IMG/VR virus record: IMGVR_UViG_3300038492_000072
Span: 1 to 45,008 of that record
Direction: 5' to 3' (one strand)
DNA length: 45,008 bases
Source: a virus
Taxonomy: Duplodnaviria > Caudoviricetes
Shown here one piece after another: positions 35,618 through 44,712 of this stretch (position 1 is the first letter of the stretch; each line of letters starts with the position of its first letter). Both the position numbers and the translations under genes were made by a program. The notes under the pieces were generated by a model that did no database searches, was not told where the DNA came from, and worked only from the letters and a program-made list of their open reading frames with translations.

Positions 35618-36511
35618 TTAGCCTTCGTCAGCCAGGATGCGGATGACTTTACCTTGCTCGATCCGGGTCGCACCGAACGTAGCGCAGGTGTAAACCTGCC
35701 ACGGACGGCCGGAAAGGTCTTCGCGGTGGGTGATCGTAGTCTCCATATCTTTCCAGATACCGAGGTACAGACCAGACTTAGCGAATGCGAAGCAGACGCG
35801 CTGGTCAGTGTTAATCACATCCAAGCGGGTCGTAACCACGATGAAGAAACCGAGGAAACGCTTCAAGTTGCCGTCCACAAGAACCGGATGGTCGTTATAG
35901 TCAGTCGACACAACTTCCACTTGGCCCAAGAGGTCGCGCTCTTGACGTTCGCCGATCACAAGCGTGATGCTTTCCATTTCCAAATCGACTTCTGCACTGC
36001 GGAACATGCGCCGCACTTCAAGCAGTTTGTCGATGGTCATGCCCACGTCGCCGGAAGCTTCATAGTCGGCCGCAACCGAGTAATTCGTGGTGTCAAAGTT
36101 CTCAGTGCTTGCACCAGTTTCGCCGGTGTTTGCAGTCGCCAGGGCTTTGTCGATGATCTCGTCATCGTAAGCACGGCCGATAGCGTGAGCGGCGTTTTCA
36201 ACGTACTTACCTTTCGGGTCGTTCAACAGGCGAAGCATGTCGAAGCGGTCCAAATACTGAGGTACGTCTTTGTCAATCGGGTACACCCAGCGCCGGGTCA
36301 TATCGGCGTGGACAGGTACGATTGGTGCGAAGCGCGCTTCTGGCGTTTGTGCCTCGATAGCGCCGATCTGGTCTACAGGAGAAGCCTGCTTGCCGGTGTG
36401 GTCACTACCAACCGTCACAAGATCGCGCAGCTTAGAGCCGCGTTGTTGAAGCAACAGGTCCAAGTTGGTGGAATACTGTTGCACAAAATGTTCAGTTACG
36501 TTTACAGACAT
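35618..36511 (-). CDS. Major capsid protein (BPP-1/T7-supergroup type)
   Basis: FVQQYSTN..LLLQQRGSKLR, AIGRAYDDEII, STDYN...LVDG....FLGF, GATRIEQGKV. Confidence 0.93.
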   Translation of the reverse strand: MSVNVTEHFVQQYSTNLDLLLQQRGSKLRDLVTVGSDHTGKQASPVDQIGAIEAQTPEARFAPIVPVHADMTRRWVYPIDKDVPQYLDRFDMLRLLNDPKGKYVENAAHAIGRAYDDEIIDKALATANTGETGASTENFDTTNYSVAADYEASGDVGMTIDKLLEVRRMFRSAEVDLEMESITLVIGERQERDLLGQVEVVSTDYNDHPVLVDGNLKRFLGFFIVVTTRLDVINTDQRVCFAFAKSGLYLGIWKDMETTITHREDLSGRPWQVYTCATFGATRIEQGKVIRILADEG

Positions 36512-36546
36512 TGTATGCCCCTTAGTTCACGGTTAAATATTTCTCC

Positions 36547-36670
36547 ATTTTGACCGTGTCCTTGCGGGGGTCGAAAATAACGACGCGGCCCTTGCGGGGT
36601 ATCGCCTCCAGATTGAGGTGGGCGGCTGTCCCGATAACAAATCAGGGCCTATCCCACCTCATGACTGGAG
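36547..36670 (-). promoter_or_regulatory. Structured MCP leader with repeated asymmetric-loop hairpins
   Basis: Three hairpins; the direct repeat CCTTGCGGGG at 36560 and 36590 gives two GCAA tetraloops. Confidence 0.6.
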
Positions 36671-36707
36671 ATGTCATGATTGATAAGATCACAACTTATA
36701 ACTCATG

Positions 36708-37559
36708 TCAACTTGCTTTCGGCGGATATGCCAATTTATGCAAGTTGTCCATCCTACGGTTGGCGTCAACATCGCCTTCCATATATTTTTTAACGAACGC
36801 TGGATCTTTTTTCAGGTCATTAATTTCTTGGCGAGCACCTTCCGGGGTCATGCGTTGGTCGTTACCACCGCCGTCACCGTCTTCGAAATTGTCTTCGCCG
36901 ATCTTCGCGCTCAAATTCATGAAGTATTTCATCACGTCGGCATAACCGAGCGCGTCTTCAAGCTTCTGCACGATTTCAGGTGTGGCACCAGTCTTCTCGA
37001 CAAACAACTTGGCCTGGGCTTCCAAAATCGGATAGCGCGCGCCCAACTCGTTTTTAAGGTCCTGGTCCGCAGCCTGGTTTAAAGTCTCCGCGTCCTTTTT
37101 CTCCTGGTCGACAATGCCGTTCACGAACTCAGCCAGGCTGTCGTACATGGCATTGGCTTGCGATGGATTGAGGCCAAGTTTGTGAGCTAGGCCGCCAGCC
37201 CACTCAACAACCTGCGTGTCATCTTCTTCTGCGCTGTCGAAGGTGTAGTCCGTGGCCGCGTCCGGGCGCCCAAGGGCTTTGTAAATCGGGTCAAAAGCGC
37301 CTTCGGCTTTCGGGTCGACCGGCAACGTCAAGACGCGGTCAGTCGGCAACCCGTGCAATTTCTCGGAATTGCGCGCGGTTTTGATTACATTGGCCAGGGC
37401 CTCGCCGCTATCGAGCCGGTCGAAACCTTTGGCGTTTAACCAGCCGCGAGTGTCCTCGTCATAGCCGGAGTGCCAATCTGTGGCTGGGGGTGTTGCTTCG
37501 GGTGGAGTGCCAGGGTTATCCGGCCCGCCGCCATCACTGGGGTTAGGGGTATCGGTCAT
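36708..37559 (-). CDS. Capsid scaffolding protein
   Basis: Acidic, Pro-rich N-terminus, IYKALGRP...Y, AHKLGL, IGED, MTPEGA...I..L; between portal and MCP. Confidence 0.85.
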   Translation of the reverse strand: MTDTPNPSDGGGPDNPGTPPEATPPATDWHSGYDEDTRGWLNAKGFDRLDSGEALANVIKTARNSEKLHGLPTDRVLTLPVDPKAEGAFDPIYKALGRPDAATDYTFDSAEEDDTQVVEWAGGLAHKLGLNPSQANAMYDSLAEFVNGIVDQEKKDAETLNQAADQDLKNELGARYPILEAQAKLFVEKTGATPEIVQKLEDALGYADVMKYFMNLSAKIGEDNFEDGDGGGNDQRMTPEGARQEINDLKKDPAFVKKYMEGDVDANRRMDNLHKLAYPPKAS

Positions 37560-37843
37560 TGTTTATTCTCCATGTAAAGTGCCCACAATTGTTCATCCGT
37601 CAGGTTTAGGTGGTGGGCTAACCTATCCCAGACCTCTTTGCGACCTATAGCAATATAGGTGGCCTTTTCTGACATAACGTCTTTTTTATTGAAGCCATGT
37701 GCGCGGCAAAACTTAGCCAGGTCTTGCAGCACAATTCGTGTGTCGACGCTCTTAGGGTTGAAAGTCCGGCTGTAAGCCAGCTTGCGGCTGCGAAGCCATT
37801 CCCGAGCGCGATCCAGTGGTGACAACTCCAGTTCTTTAACCAT
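37556..37843 (-). CDS. Bbp19-like conserved head protein
   Basis: AYSRTF...VLQDLAKFC...GRKEVW; position after the portal. Confidence 0.75.
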   Translation of the reverse strand: MVKELELSPLDRAREWLRSRKLAYSRTFNPKSVDTRIVLQDLAKFCRAHGFNKKDVMSEKATYIAIGRKEVWDRLAHHLNLTDEQLWALYMENKQ

Positions 37844-39499
37844 CTACTTCTCCACTTTAGATTGGGCGGCCGCGACCTGGGCTTGCGCCTTCGCAGCCTC
37901 AATATTGGCGGCCTGTTGCTGTTGCGCGGCACGGCGCTCAGCCAATACCTGCATCTCGCGGACACCGTTCATCCACGATACCGGCGCACCATTGATCCGG
38001 GCGATCTCCGGCATCGCGGTGCGGAAATTGAATGGGTCCAGGTGGGACGGGTCGCCGGTCGCTTGAGCCACGCCCATGGCGATTTCTGCCGTCCGCATGA
38101 AACCTGCGACCTGCTCAGCCTTCATGGCCCGAGATAACGGACTGTCGTATTCGACCTCGTACTGGGCCCGCGCCTCGCGCAGAATAGCGGGCATTTCAGG
38201 CAACATGCCAAGCTGGGCTGCCACGTCAATCTCGCGCTCGATCATCGGCCCCAGATACTCAGACATTTGTCGACCGACCGTCGGCGCCAGCAAGATGCCT
38301 TTCTCTTTGGTCCGCTCGATCACTTGGGTCGCGGTCATGCGGTCCGGCACATCCTCAGCGGCCAACTCGAACAAATTGACCAGGAATGCCATGTTAATCG
38401 CATTGCGCTCTTGATCCATCATTTCCAGGCCCACGTCGACGCGGCCGACCGGCAAGGTTTGGATCATCGGGCGCCCGTCTGCGTTAACCCCGCCTTTGTT
38501 AAGCGCACCGGGCCGGAGCGACACCTCGTCGATCAAACCATCATCGTGCACGAGTAGGACTGGGTCCACCGTCCGATGCGCCTGTTTCAAGACAGCCTTT
38601 TTCTGAGCCATCAACGTTTTGATTGCTGGTAGCGCCATCATGCCCGGTGACCGGCCGAACTGTTCGCCAGGGATTTGCACATAGCGCGGGATGATGTACG
38701 GCATGGTTTCGTAGCCACGGCGCCGGATCACGTGCTTTTCGTTCACAGCGAGATAGAGGCTTGCAAAACGCATACCGCGCGCGTCCAGCCGGTTCGGGTC
38801 GAACTGTTCGTTCGGCTTAACCACGTGCAGGAACCAGTGCTCCCGATCTGGCTTATCCGCCGCGTCACCCCTGATTTTATCCGGCAAACTCTCGATCCCG
38901 AACGCCTGGGCGGCCTGCCGGGCGGTCATGCGATAGAAGCGATAGACCGTGTCGACAATGCCCTGGTGGTTCTCACGCAAGAAGATTTCGCCGATATGGC
39001 AGTGTTTGTACCGTATCCCACGGTTTTCCCAGTGGGGGTCCACATATAGTGCTCCAGTGCCCCACGCCCCCAAGGACTGGTATACCAGTTGGTTTTGGCT
39101 CACAAAGTTGGCGGTCGACGAATAGCGCATCCGAAACAGCACATTGGTCACTTGCTCGTAATAAAGCTGGACCTGCCGGTTCTTCATGAGGTCCGGGTCC
39201 TGGGGGATGAGGCCATGCCAGGTTTGGTTGCGCGGGGTCAGCAGGCTGTCCATGATCGCGGCAAACTGCCCAAGCGCGATCTGAGGCGTGCTGTCAAGCT
39301 GGAACTCGGTTTTCTTCTCACCCTTCGGCCGCTGGTCGATCCCCGCGCGGAAAGTGTCTTTCATTTGGGGCCACAGCACATCGGCTATGTCCTCCCAATG
39401 TTCTTCAAAAACCGCCCGGTCGCCTTGCAGTTTTCGGACTGCGGCGACCTCGCGCTCAGCTTCGGCATCGGGACCACTGGTAGAATTTGCAATTGTCAT
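37844..39499 (-). CDS. Portal protein (head-tail connector)
   Basis: LGAWGTG, ENHQGIVDT, GEQFGRSPG, MTATQV.ER..EK...L.P.VGR..SEYL.PMIER, VEYDSPL. Confidence 0.93.
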   Translation of the reverse strand: MTIANSTSGPDAEAEREVAAVRKLQGDRAVFEEHWEDIADVLWPQMKDTFRAGIDQRPKGEKKTEFQLDSTPQIALGQFAAIMDSLLTPRNQTWHGLIPQDPDLMKNRQVQLYYEQVTNVLFRMRYSSTANFVSQNQLVYQSLGAWGTGALYVDPHWENRGIRYKHCHIGEIFLRENHQGIVDTVYRFYRMTARQAAQAFGIESLPDKIRGDAADKPDREHWFLHVVKPNEQFDPNRLDARGMRFASLYLAVNEKHVIRRRGYETMPYIIPRYVQIPGEQFGRSPGMMALPAIKTLMAQKKAVLKQAHRTVDPVLLVHDDGLIDEVSLRPGALNKGGVNADGRPMIQTLPVGRVDVGLEMMDQERNAINMAFLVNLFELAAEDVPDRMTATQVIERTKEKGILLAPTVGRQMSEYLGPMIEREIDVAAQLGMLPEMPAILREARAQYEVEYDSPLSRAMKAEQVAGFMRTAEIAMGVAQATGDPSHLDPFNFRTAMPEIARINGAPVSWMNGVREMQVLAERRAAQQQQAANIEAAKAQAQVAAAQSKVEK

Positions 39500-39690
39500 T
39501 AAAAGAGCCTCCCTACGGCTCCAGTCATCGTATTTACAGCATCAAACGTCGTGCCGGGGGTTGATCCCCGACGCGGCACTTTCTTTTTGTTGGGTTGCAG
39601 CCGGTCTTGCGCCACTTGGGGGTTAACTGGCTGGTTGCCGGTCCCGCCCTCCAGGCCCAGCGCCCGCACTGCTTGAGAAAATGAGGTCAT
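39499..39690 (-). CDS. Small hypothetical protein
   Basis: Overlapping start/stop with both neighbours. Confidence 0.6.
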   Translation of the reverse strand: MTSFSQAVRALGLEGGTGNQPVNPQVAQDRLQPNKKKVPRRGSTPGTTFDAVNTMTGAVGRLF

Positions 39691-39869
39691 TTCTTACCAT
39701 CATCTTTCTTTTTGCCACCGAACATGGTCGCCAGTGTGTTGAGGTTCTGCTTAAAAGCTGCCTTTGACTTCTTGCTCCGCTCATCACGAGCTTGTTTTGA
39801 ATGGCCGGGGCGATCTGCCGTTTTTAGGTTTACGCCCGTTTTCATGAAGTTTTTACCCTTGTCTGCCAT
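39687..39869 (-). CDS. Small basic hypothetical protein
   Basis: TGATG/ATGA overlaps. Confidence 0.6.
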   Translation of the reverse strand: MADKGKNFMKTGVNLKTADRPGHSKQARDERSKKSKAAFKQNLNTLATMFGGKKKDDGKK

Positions 39870-40042
39870 CAATAGGTCCTCGCTGCTCCGCGCCGCTTCT
39901 TGCGCTTACTGTCGGTCGATTTCGGTTTGTGGCTGCTAGACGGATTGCTTAGAGCAGGAGCACTGCCCCCACCTTCGGAACCACCGCTACTTCCCCCTAA
40001 GAGGCCGCCCACTGCTTTGCCGATGCTCTTGAAAATACCCAT
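39869..40042 (-). CDS. Small Gly/Ser-rich basic protein (57 aa)
   Basis: Manual translation MGIFKSIGKAVGGLLGG...KRKKRRGAARTY; between TerL and portal. Confidence 0.6.
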   Translation of the reverse strand: MGIFKSIGKAVGGLLGGSSGGSEGGGSAPALSNPSSSHKPKSTDSKRKKRRGAARTY

Positions 40043-40056
40043 AAGAATACCCGATT

Positions 40057-41514
40057 TTACCCATGAACATCAAAATCCACGCCGGAAGCCACGGTTTGCG
40101 TCCGTTTGCCCGTCCGCGTCACGTTGCTCTTTGGCTTTGCATAATTCAGCGACATCATTGCATACTCGGTCGCAGACATCAAGTCATCGTCCTTCATAAC
40201 GATTTTCCCCTCCTTGAAGTGGTACATCCGGTATTCCTCGAACCACGCCTCGCATGACTTGAACACCTTAAAACGCCCGGATTTCATCCGGTCATCAATG
40301 TCCAAAATAGCCGCGTAGCGGCTGTTGCTGCGACTGTCAGTGTACTGAGCATGTTTAGGGAGCATTTTAACACCCTGCTGCCGGTATTGTTGGGCGATAG
40401 CCACGCCTGCCCCGGCGCCACCCTTATCGCGCTGGTGTCCGTCATGCGGCCAAGCCATGGGGATGCTCCCCCGTGCCTTAAAATTAGCCGCGTGATAGAT
40501 GACACCCTGACCGCGCTCCCGATAGCAGTCGGTCACATAAACACAGTCCGCGTCCCGGTCCCACGCCAGCCACGCTGCGGCAGTGGGGTGGTCGATCCCG
40601 AAGTCCATGCCGCTGACCAGACACCAGTGGGGCGGCAACTCGAACCGGTCGACCGTAATTGTTTCCTCGGTGCAGTGGTAAATCCGGCCGGACCCCATGA
40701 ACGGGATACCCTTGGCCCGAGCCTCACGCTCGTGCGGCAGATAAGACGCCATCGCCTTGTCTTTGTCCTCTTGGGACAGGTGTTCTGCCTCGTCAAGCTC
40801 CATGCGCACAACCTCACGGTCGCTTGCGCCCTCATCATCGTCTTGCAGGAAGCGCTTTACGACGGTCGACATCCCCAAAAGCGGGGTCGCCGTCATCATG
40901 ATGAGCCCTTTAGTGGTCACGATCCGGGCAAGCATCTCACCATAGATCGTCGCGTCGTCCATTTCCTCGTCAGCCCAAATCACGTCAATGGCGTCGGCCT
41001 GGAATTTGGCGCGACCCTGTTCGTATGACTTAAACAGGATTTCGGACACACCCCCCGTGACGTGCCGGACCGTGATTTTGTCTAAAGCTTCGGACGCACC
41101 CTTCGACGCACTCGTGTTGATGATATCTTTTTTGGGCAGGGCGCCGGTCCCTAACGCGGCCGGTAGCGGCGAGCCACACAATAGGCGCTGCACACCATCG
41201 CGCGTTAGAAGACCGGTGATCGAGCAGGCCCAGATACGAGTGGGCCGTTTAAACCGTTTGCCCTTCCACCAACTCGGGTACCGGCCGGTCGCGTGCATGG
41301 CGACTTCCATCGCGCCGCAGTAGGTTTTACCGACGCGGTTGGCGGCCATGAAAAGTCGCTCGCGCTTAGTGGCGCCAAGTTCGTGGAAGGTGCGCTGCTT
41401 AGGCTGCGGTCGATAGTGGAGCAATTTGTCAGTGTTCCGACTAACTTGCTCCTGTTCCGCAGCCTTTAGAAGTTCGCCTAACTGTTGGTCGCTAAGCTGT
41501 TCCGCCATCGTCAT
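40057..41514 (-). CDS. terL: Terminase large subunit
   Basis: MAANRVGKT Walker A, FKSYEQGR, WADEE Walker B, TATP, GMDFG..HPTAA, WPHDG, DDLMSA. Confidence 0.96.
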   Translation of the reverse strand: MTMAEQLSDQQLGELLKAAEQEQVSRNTDKLLHYRPQPKQRTFHELGATKRERLFMAANRVGKTYCGAMEVAMHATGRYPSWWKGKRFKRPTRIWACSITGLLTRDGVQRLLCGSPLPAALGTGALPKKDIINTSASKGASEALDKITVRHVTGGVSEILFKSYEQGRAKFQADAIDVIWADEEMDDATIYGEMLARIVTTKGLIMMTATPLLGMSTVVKRFLQDDDEGASDREVVRMELDEAEHLSQEDKDKAMASYLPHEREARAKGIPFMGSGRIYHCTEETITVDRFELPPHWCLVSGMDFGIDHPTAAAWLAWDRDADCVYVTDCYRERGQGVIYHAANFKARGSIPMAWPHDGHQRDKGGAGAGVAIAQQYRQQGVKMLPKHAQYTDSRSNSRYAAILDIDDRMKSGRFKVFKSCEAWFEEYRMYHFKEGKIVMKDDDLMSATEYAMMSLNYAKPKSNVTRTGKRTQTVASGVDFDVHG

Positions 41515-41638
41515 CAAACCCTATTGCAAACACGAGCGGGCCGAACAAGAACAGCACGCACCGGTCTTCATCGCAGGAGGCCACACCGAACACGATGGAC
41601 CACGGTACAAATCCAATATCAAACCACATCGTGTTCAT
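41492..41638 (-). CDS. 48-aa aromatic-rich hypothetical protein
   Basis: SD GAGGA; MNTMWFDIGFVPWSIVFGVASCDEDRCVLFLFGPLVFAIGFDDDGGTA. Confidence 0.55.
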   Translation of the reverse strand: MNTMWFDIGFVPWSIVFGVASCDEDRCVLFLFGPLVFAIGFDDDGGTA

Positions 41639-41852
41639 AATCCTCACCGTACCAGTTTACATTGCCGGTGATCCAATTAAGGAGCCGGTTTGCGGGAGCA
41701 CTCACCCAATCAACAAAACGGCTAAAGAAGTTTAGGCCGACTTGCTCGAACGACACCGCAACAATTACTAGGGGAACCCACCATGGGCAGACCAATAGAA
41801 TAAATGTGGCGATCATTAAGATGATCCGTATGCGTGCTATAGTTGTTTTCAT
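41619..41852 (-). CDS. Membrane protein
   Basis: SD AGGAG; long hydrophobic segment. Confidence 0.65.
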   Translation of the reverse strand: MKTTIARIRIILMIATFILLVCPWWVPLVIVAVSFEQVGLNFFSRFVDWVSAPANRLLNWITGNVNWYGEDYEHDVV

Positions 41853-41884
41853 ATCATTGTCTCCTGTTGATATGTGTTTCGGCA

Positions 41885-42610
41885 TCACCACTCTTGAGTG
41901 AAGTCGATTTCGTCTTCTTGGGCCTTTGCAGCCTTCAACGCTTTCCGGGCTTGCTCCTTCGGTTGCAGCTTACCCGGCACCAAAACTTTCTTGTACGGAC
42001 GACCCCGGCCGCCCTCCCCAGGAATTTTACCGTTGACGGAAGGTGTCGGCCTTTTGGGTTGATAGCCCGGCCCCGTAGCTTCCACCACTTCGAAGTCCGC
42101 GTCAACCACTTCTTTCGTTTTCCCGGCTTGGTCCTCCACCAGCTTGCGATAAAATTTAGCCAGTTCGGGGTTCTCGGCCTCGTTCTGGTCCGCCAGCATG
42201 GTGAACTTTTCGAGCATTTCTTCGCGGGTCTGGTAGGTGTGCTCGTGTTCGTGCTTCACCGAAATCTTTTGGTCCGGCATCATCTCCGACAACTTCAATA
42301 CCAACTGGATCGCTTTGAGGGCATCGCTCGCGCTAGAACTCTCGATCAAGTCTTCGGCCCGCTCTACCGCGCGGATAGCCGCCGCAAGGTTCCGGGCATA
42401 GAGGCTGCCTTTCAGGGCGGCGATGACGCGGGGGTTGCGGAGCAGTTCGTGTGCCTGGTGCGCGGCCCCGCTTTCCGCGTATCCAGCCGCGCGAGCAGCT
42501 TCGGCCGCCTTGCCGGTGCCACCGCCGAACTCCAGATATTTTTCGACGAACGCCCGCTGTTTGGGTGTCAGCGCGGCGATCTCGGGTGGGACCGCGAGGT
42601 CTTGGGCCAT
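41885..42610 (-). CDS. terS: Terminase small subunit
   Basis: LTPKQRAFVEKY...AARAAGY...A..LLRNPRV. Confidence 0.9.
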   Translation of the reverse strand: MAQDLAVPPEIAALTPKQRAFVEKYLEFGGGTGKAAEAARAAGYAESGAAHQAHELLRNPRVIAALKGSLYARNLAAAIRAVERAEDLIESSSASDALKAIQLVLKLSEMMPDQKISVKHEHEHTYQTREEMLEKFTMLADQNEAENPELAKFYRKLVEDQAGKTKEVVDADFEVVEATGPGYQPKRPTPSVNGKIPGEGGRGRPYKKVLVPGKLQPKEQARKALKAAKAQEDEIDFTQEW

Positions 42611-42614
42611 GGGC

Positions 42615-42731
42615 TCAATCCTTAAACTTGCCGAACAGGAGCCGACCGACGAGCAGTGTGGGTAGCATATAAATGGCGAACACAACGCCGAGCAGTACCG
42701 TGTCCAAAGTTGCAGCGAATAGCATATCCAT
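42615..42731 (-). CDS. 38-aa membrane peptide
   Basis: SD GGAGG; MDMLFAATLDTVLLGVVFAIYMLPTLLVGRLLFGKFKD. Confidence 0.55.
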   Translation of the reverse strand: MDMLFAATLDTVLLGVVFAIYMLPTLLVGRLLFGKFKD

Positions 42732-42770
42732 GTTGGCCTCCAATCGCCAAAGTGTATCTAAGTTGACGCG

Positions 42771-42801
42771 AGTATAAGCAGGTGGGGGTATACCTTGTCA
42801 A
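42771..42801 (-). promoter_or_regulatory. Candidate late-operon promoter
   Basis: TTGACA-19-TATACT upstream of the first late ORF; the spacer is longer than consensus. Confidence 0.4.
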
Positions 42802-43131
42802 GCGTTTTCACCCAATTGGGTAAATTTACCCAAGTATTTTAAAAATTTTCCCCGAAAATAAGATGTGCTAAGCGTACACCATACGACCGCTGGGGGGTCC
42901 CCCGCCCCCACCCATCTCCATGCGCAAACCGGCGAGCCCAAAACCGCAGCCAACATGCGTGCACTTAAATTTAACTGGACATGCCAAAGTTATAATATAA
43001 CTAAAATCCACACCACCACGAAATATTATTGCGCACATGCGTAATTTTATGTCGTATGAGCAGGTTGCGCCAGCATAATCTAAACACAGGGCTTATAACT
43101 ACGGCATATTTACCCAATTAATTAAACCCAA

Positions 43132-43147
43132 TTAACCCGGTGTTAAC
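43132..43147 (+). promoter_or_regulatory. CtrA-box consensus TTAA-N7-TTAAC
   Basis: TTAA-CCCGGTG-TTAAC in the non-coding divergent control region. Confidence 0.45.
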
Positions 43148-43371
43148 ACATGCCTGCTACTGTACACCCACGTTGAGATTAAACCGGGGTATATAACCTA
43201 TGTCACCTTACCTAAACCAAGCACCACGTACAGTTGCACAAGCCACTTTAGACATAATTAAAGCCCACGGATGGAACACAAACGCCAAAAAAGGCTATTC
43301 TATGTGCACCCTAGAAGCCCGTACTTGGATCAAGTCAGAATTGATCCGTACACAACATACGTCTACCCCAG

Positions 43372-43384
43372 TAAGCCATTGATT
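43372..43384 (-). promoter_or_regulatory. IHF consensus site
   Basis: AATCAATGGCTTA = WATCAA-N4-TTR, 22 bp upstream of a TTGACA (43407..43412). Confidence 0.5.
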
Positions 43385-43546
43385 TCTAAGGCCAACACGC
43401 GAGGGGTTGACATTCTACCGCTTACGTGTCAGAACCGTCTACGTGTCGCTCCCGGCGACAGCGCGCCCCCAAGGCGCTTGCTTGGAGCCGACGGACGTAT
43501 CACTAGACGGGCATATTGCGCCTAAACTAGACTGGAGACTATTATA

Positions 43547-43750
43547 ATGTCAGGAAAATCCCCAAAATACCAGCGTCGCCACTATGAAGACACGGCGCGC
43601 ATTATAAACACCCACTTGCATCGCAAGGCCACTAACACAGACGGCGCGCGTGCAATCCGCTACTTGGCCCAAGCGTTCGCCCTACAATATAGCGTCGACA
43701 ATCCCCGCTTTAATGAGGCGCGGTTTTTAGAGGCATGTGGCGTACAATGA
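43547..43750 (+). CDS. First early gene, hypothetical protein
   Basis: SD GGAG; RRHYE..A...DNPRFNEARFLEACG, a pattern common in phage early genes. Confidence 0.8.
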   Translation: MSGKSPKYQRRHYEDTARIINTHLHRKATNTDGARAIRYLAQAFALQYSVDNPRFNEARFLEACGVQ

Positions 43751-43977
43751 AACTCTCACTTAGAAAGTTTAGCCCTTACGTGATCCGGTATTACACCGGC
43801 AATAGCTACGGCATCACATTCATAAAATATGATGACGATGTCTATGCCATTTTCCAGCACCACGGCACCAAGCTTAAACCTCGTATGGTGGCGCGGTGTG
43901 TGGCTATAAGTGTTGATGATGCACGCAAAGAGTTTAGACGGCGTGCACGTGCTGACCATGAGGAATACATCAAATGA
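43747..43977 (+). CDS. Hypothetical protein
   Basis: ATGA overlaps on both sides. Confidence 0.7.
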   Translation: MKLSLRKFSPYVIRYYTGNSYGITFIKYDDDVYAIFQHHGTKLKPRMVARCVAISVDDARKEFRRRARADHEEYIK

Positions 43978-44117
43978 GCGACCAAATGGTTTATATCATC
44001 CTGGGTGTATGTTTTTGCACCTACATTGTGTCAATTGTGGCCCCTTTGCTTTGGCCCAAGCCTTGCAACAAGCAGGATAAGACAGTTTTCACACACCGCA
44101 ACATAAGGAAATGGTGA
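43974..44117 (+). CDS. 47-aa single-TM protein
   Basis: MSDQMVYIILGVCFCTYIVSIVAPLLWPKP...; ATGA overlap. Confidence 0.55.
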   Translation: MSDQMVYIILGVCFCTYIVSIVAPLLWPKPCNKQDKTVFTHRNIRKW

Positions 44118-44118
44118 C

Positions 44119-44645
44119 ATGCTAGAACCACGGCAACATTATCCGCATACCCCGGCCAATCCGGGCATACCCACTAATCGGTTCCAAAACTCGCAACCGA
44201 TCTTAGACAAACAATTGAACGCTGCAATCCTTCATATCGTGCAGCACCTTAAAATCAATTATCAGCCATCCCCGGACGCGCCAGACACGCTAGAGGGCAT
44301 CACAGATATGTACGAGTGCGGCGGACCAATTTACGTCTTTGATGGTGGTTGCGACAATACGATATATGGTGACAAAGAGGTCAACTACGCATTCCGCGCG
44401 TGGCATGACTATCATCATTGGAAGCTACAGGCACCGCTCACACGCGAAGGCGAGGCAAAGGTAGTTGAGGCACAAATCACTGACCTTTTCGCCCTAAGCG
44501 GTGGGCAGAGATATTGCGCGCTGAGGTGAATGGGCAAGCGGAATATTTCGCCCACCATGGCGTGTTTCCGGTTTTCCAATTGGAGTTTGTCAAACTCTAT
44601 GCATTAAACCACTCACTTGCTATCAACAGTGGTTCATTTCACTGA
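44119..44645 (+). pseudogene. Hypothetical gene split by a -1 frame change near 44484..44500
   Basis: ORF 44119..44529 (VNYAFRAWHDYHH). The -1 frame is open 44484..44645 and encodes KRWAEILRAEVNGQAEYFAHHGVFP.... Confidence 0.55.
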
Positions 44646-44694
44646 TAAGAGCGGTTAGGGCAGGGTTTCGGCCTTGCCCCTTCCCCTATTATCA
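44643..44694 (+). promoter_or_regulatory. Intergenic stem/internal loop/stem (RNase III-site-like), copy C
   Basis: Lower stem TGATAA/TTATCA; upper stem GGGCAGGGT-TTCG-GCCTTGCCC. Confidence 0.6.
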
Positions 44695-44712
44695 GCAATC
44701 GGAATTTATAAC

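Noticed and set aside
35561-36553. 330-aa plus-strand ORF (also 41843..42625, 40351..41028, 26312..26956, 28150..28731)
   Set aside because: These are antisense shadows of well-supported minus-strand genes and have no recognisable motifs.
43200-43525. ORFs 43200..43382 and 43271..43525
   Set aside because: No SD, no motifs, and they overlap regulatory elements in the control region.
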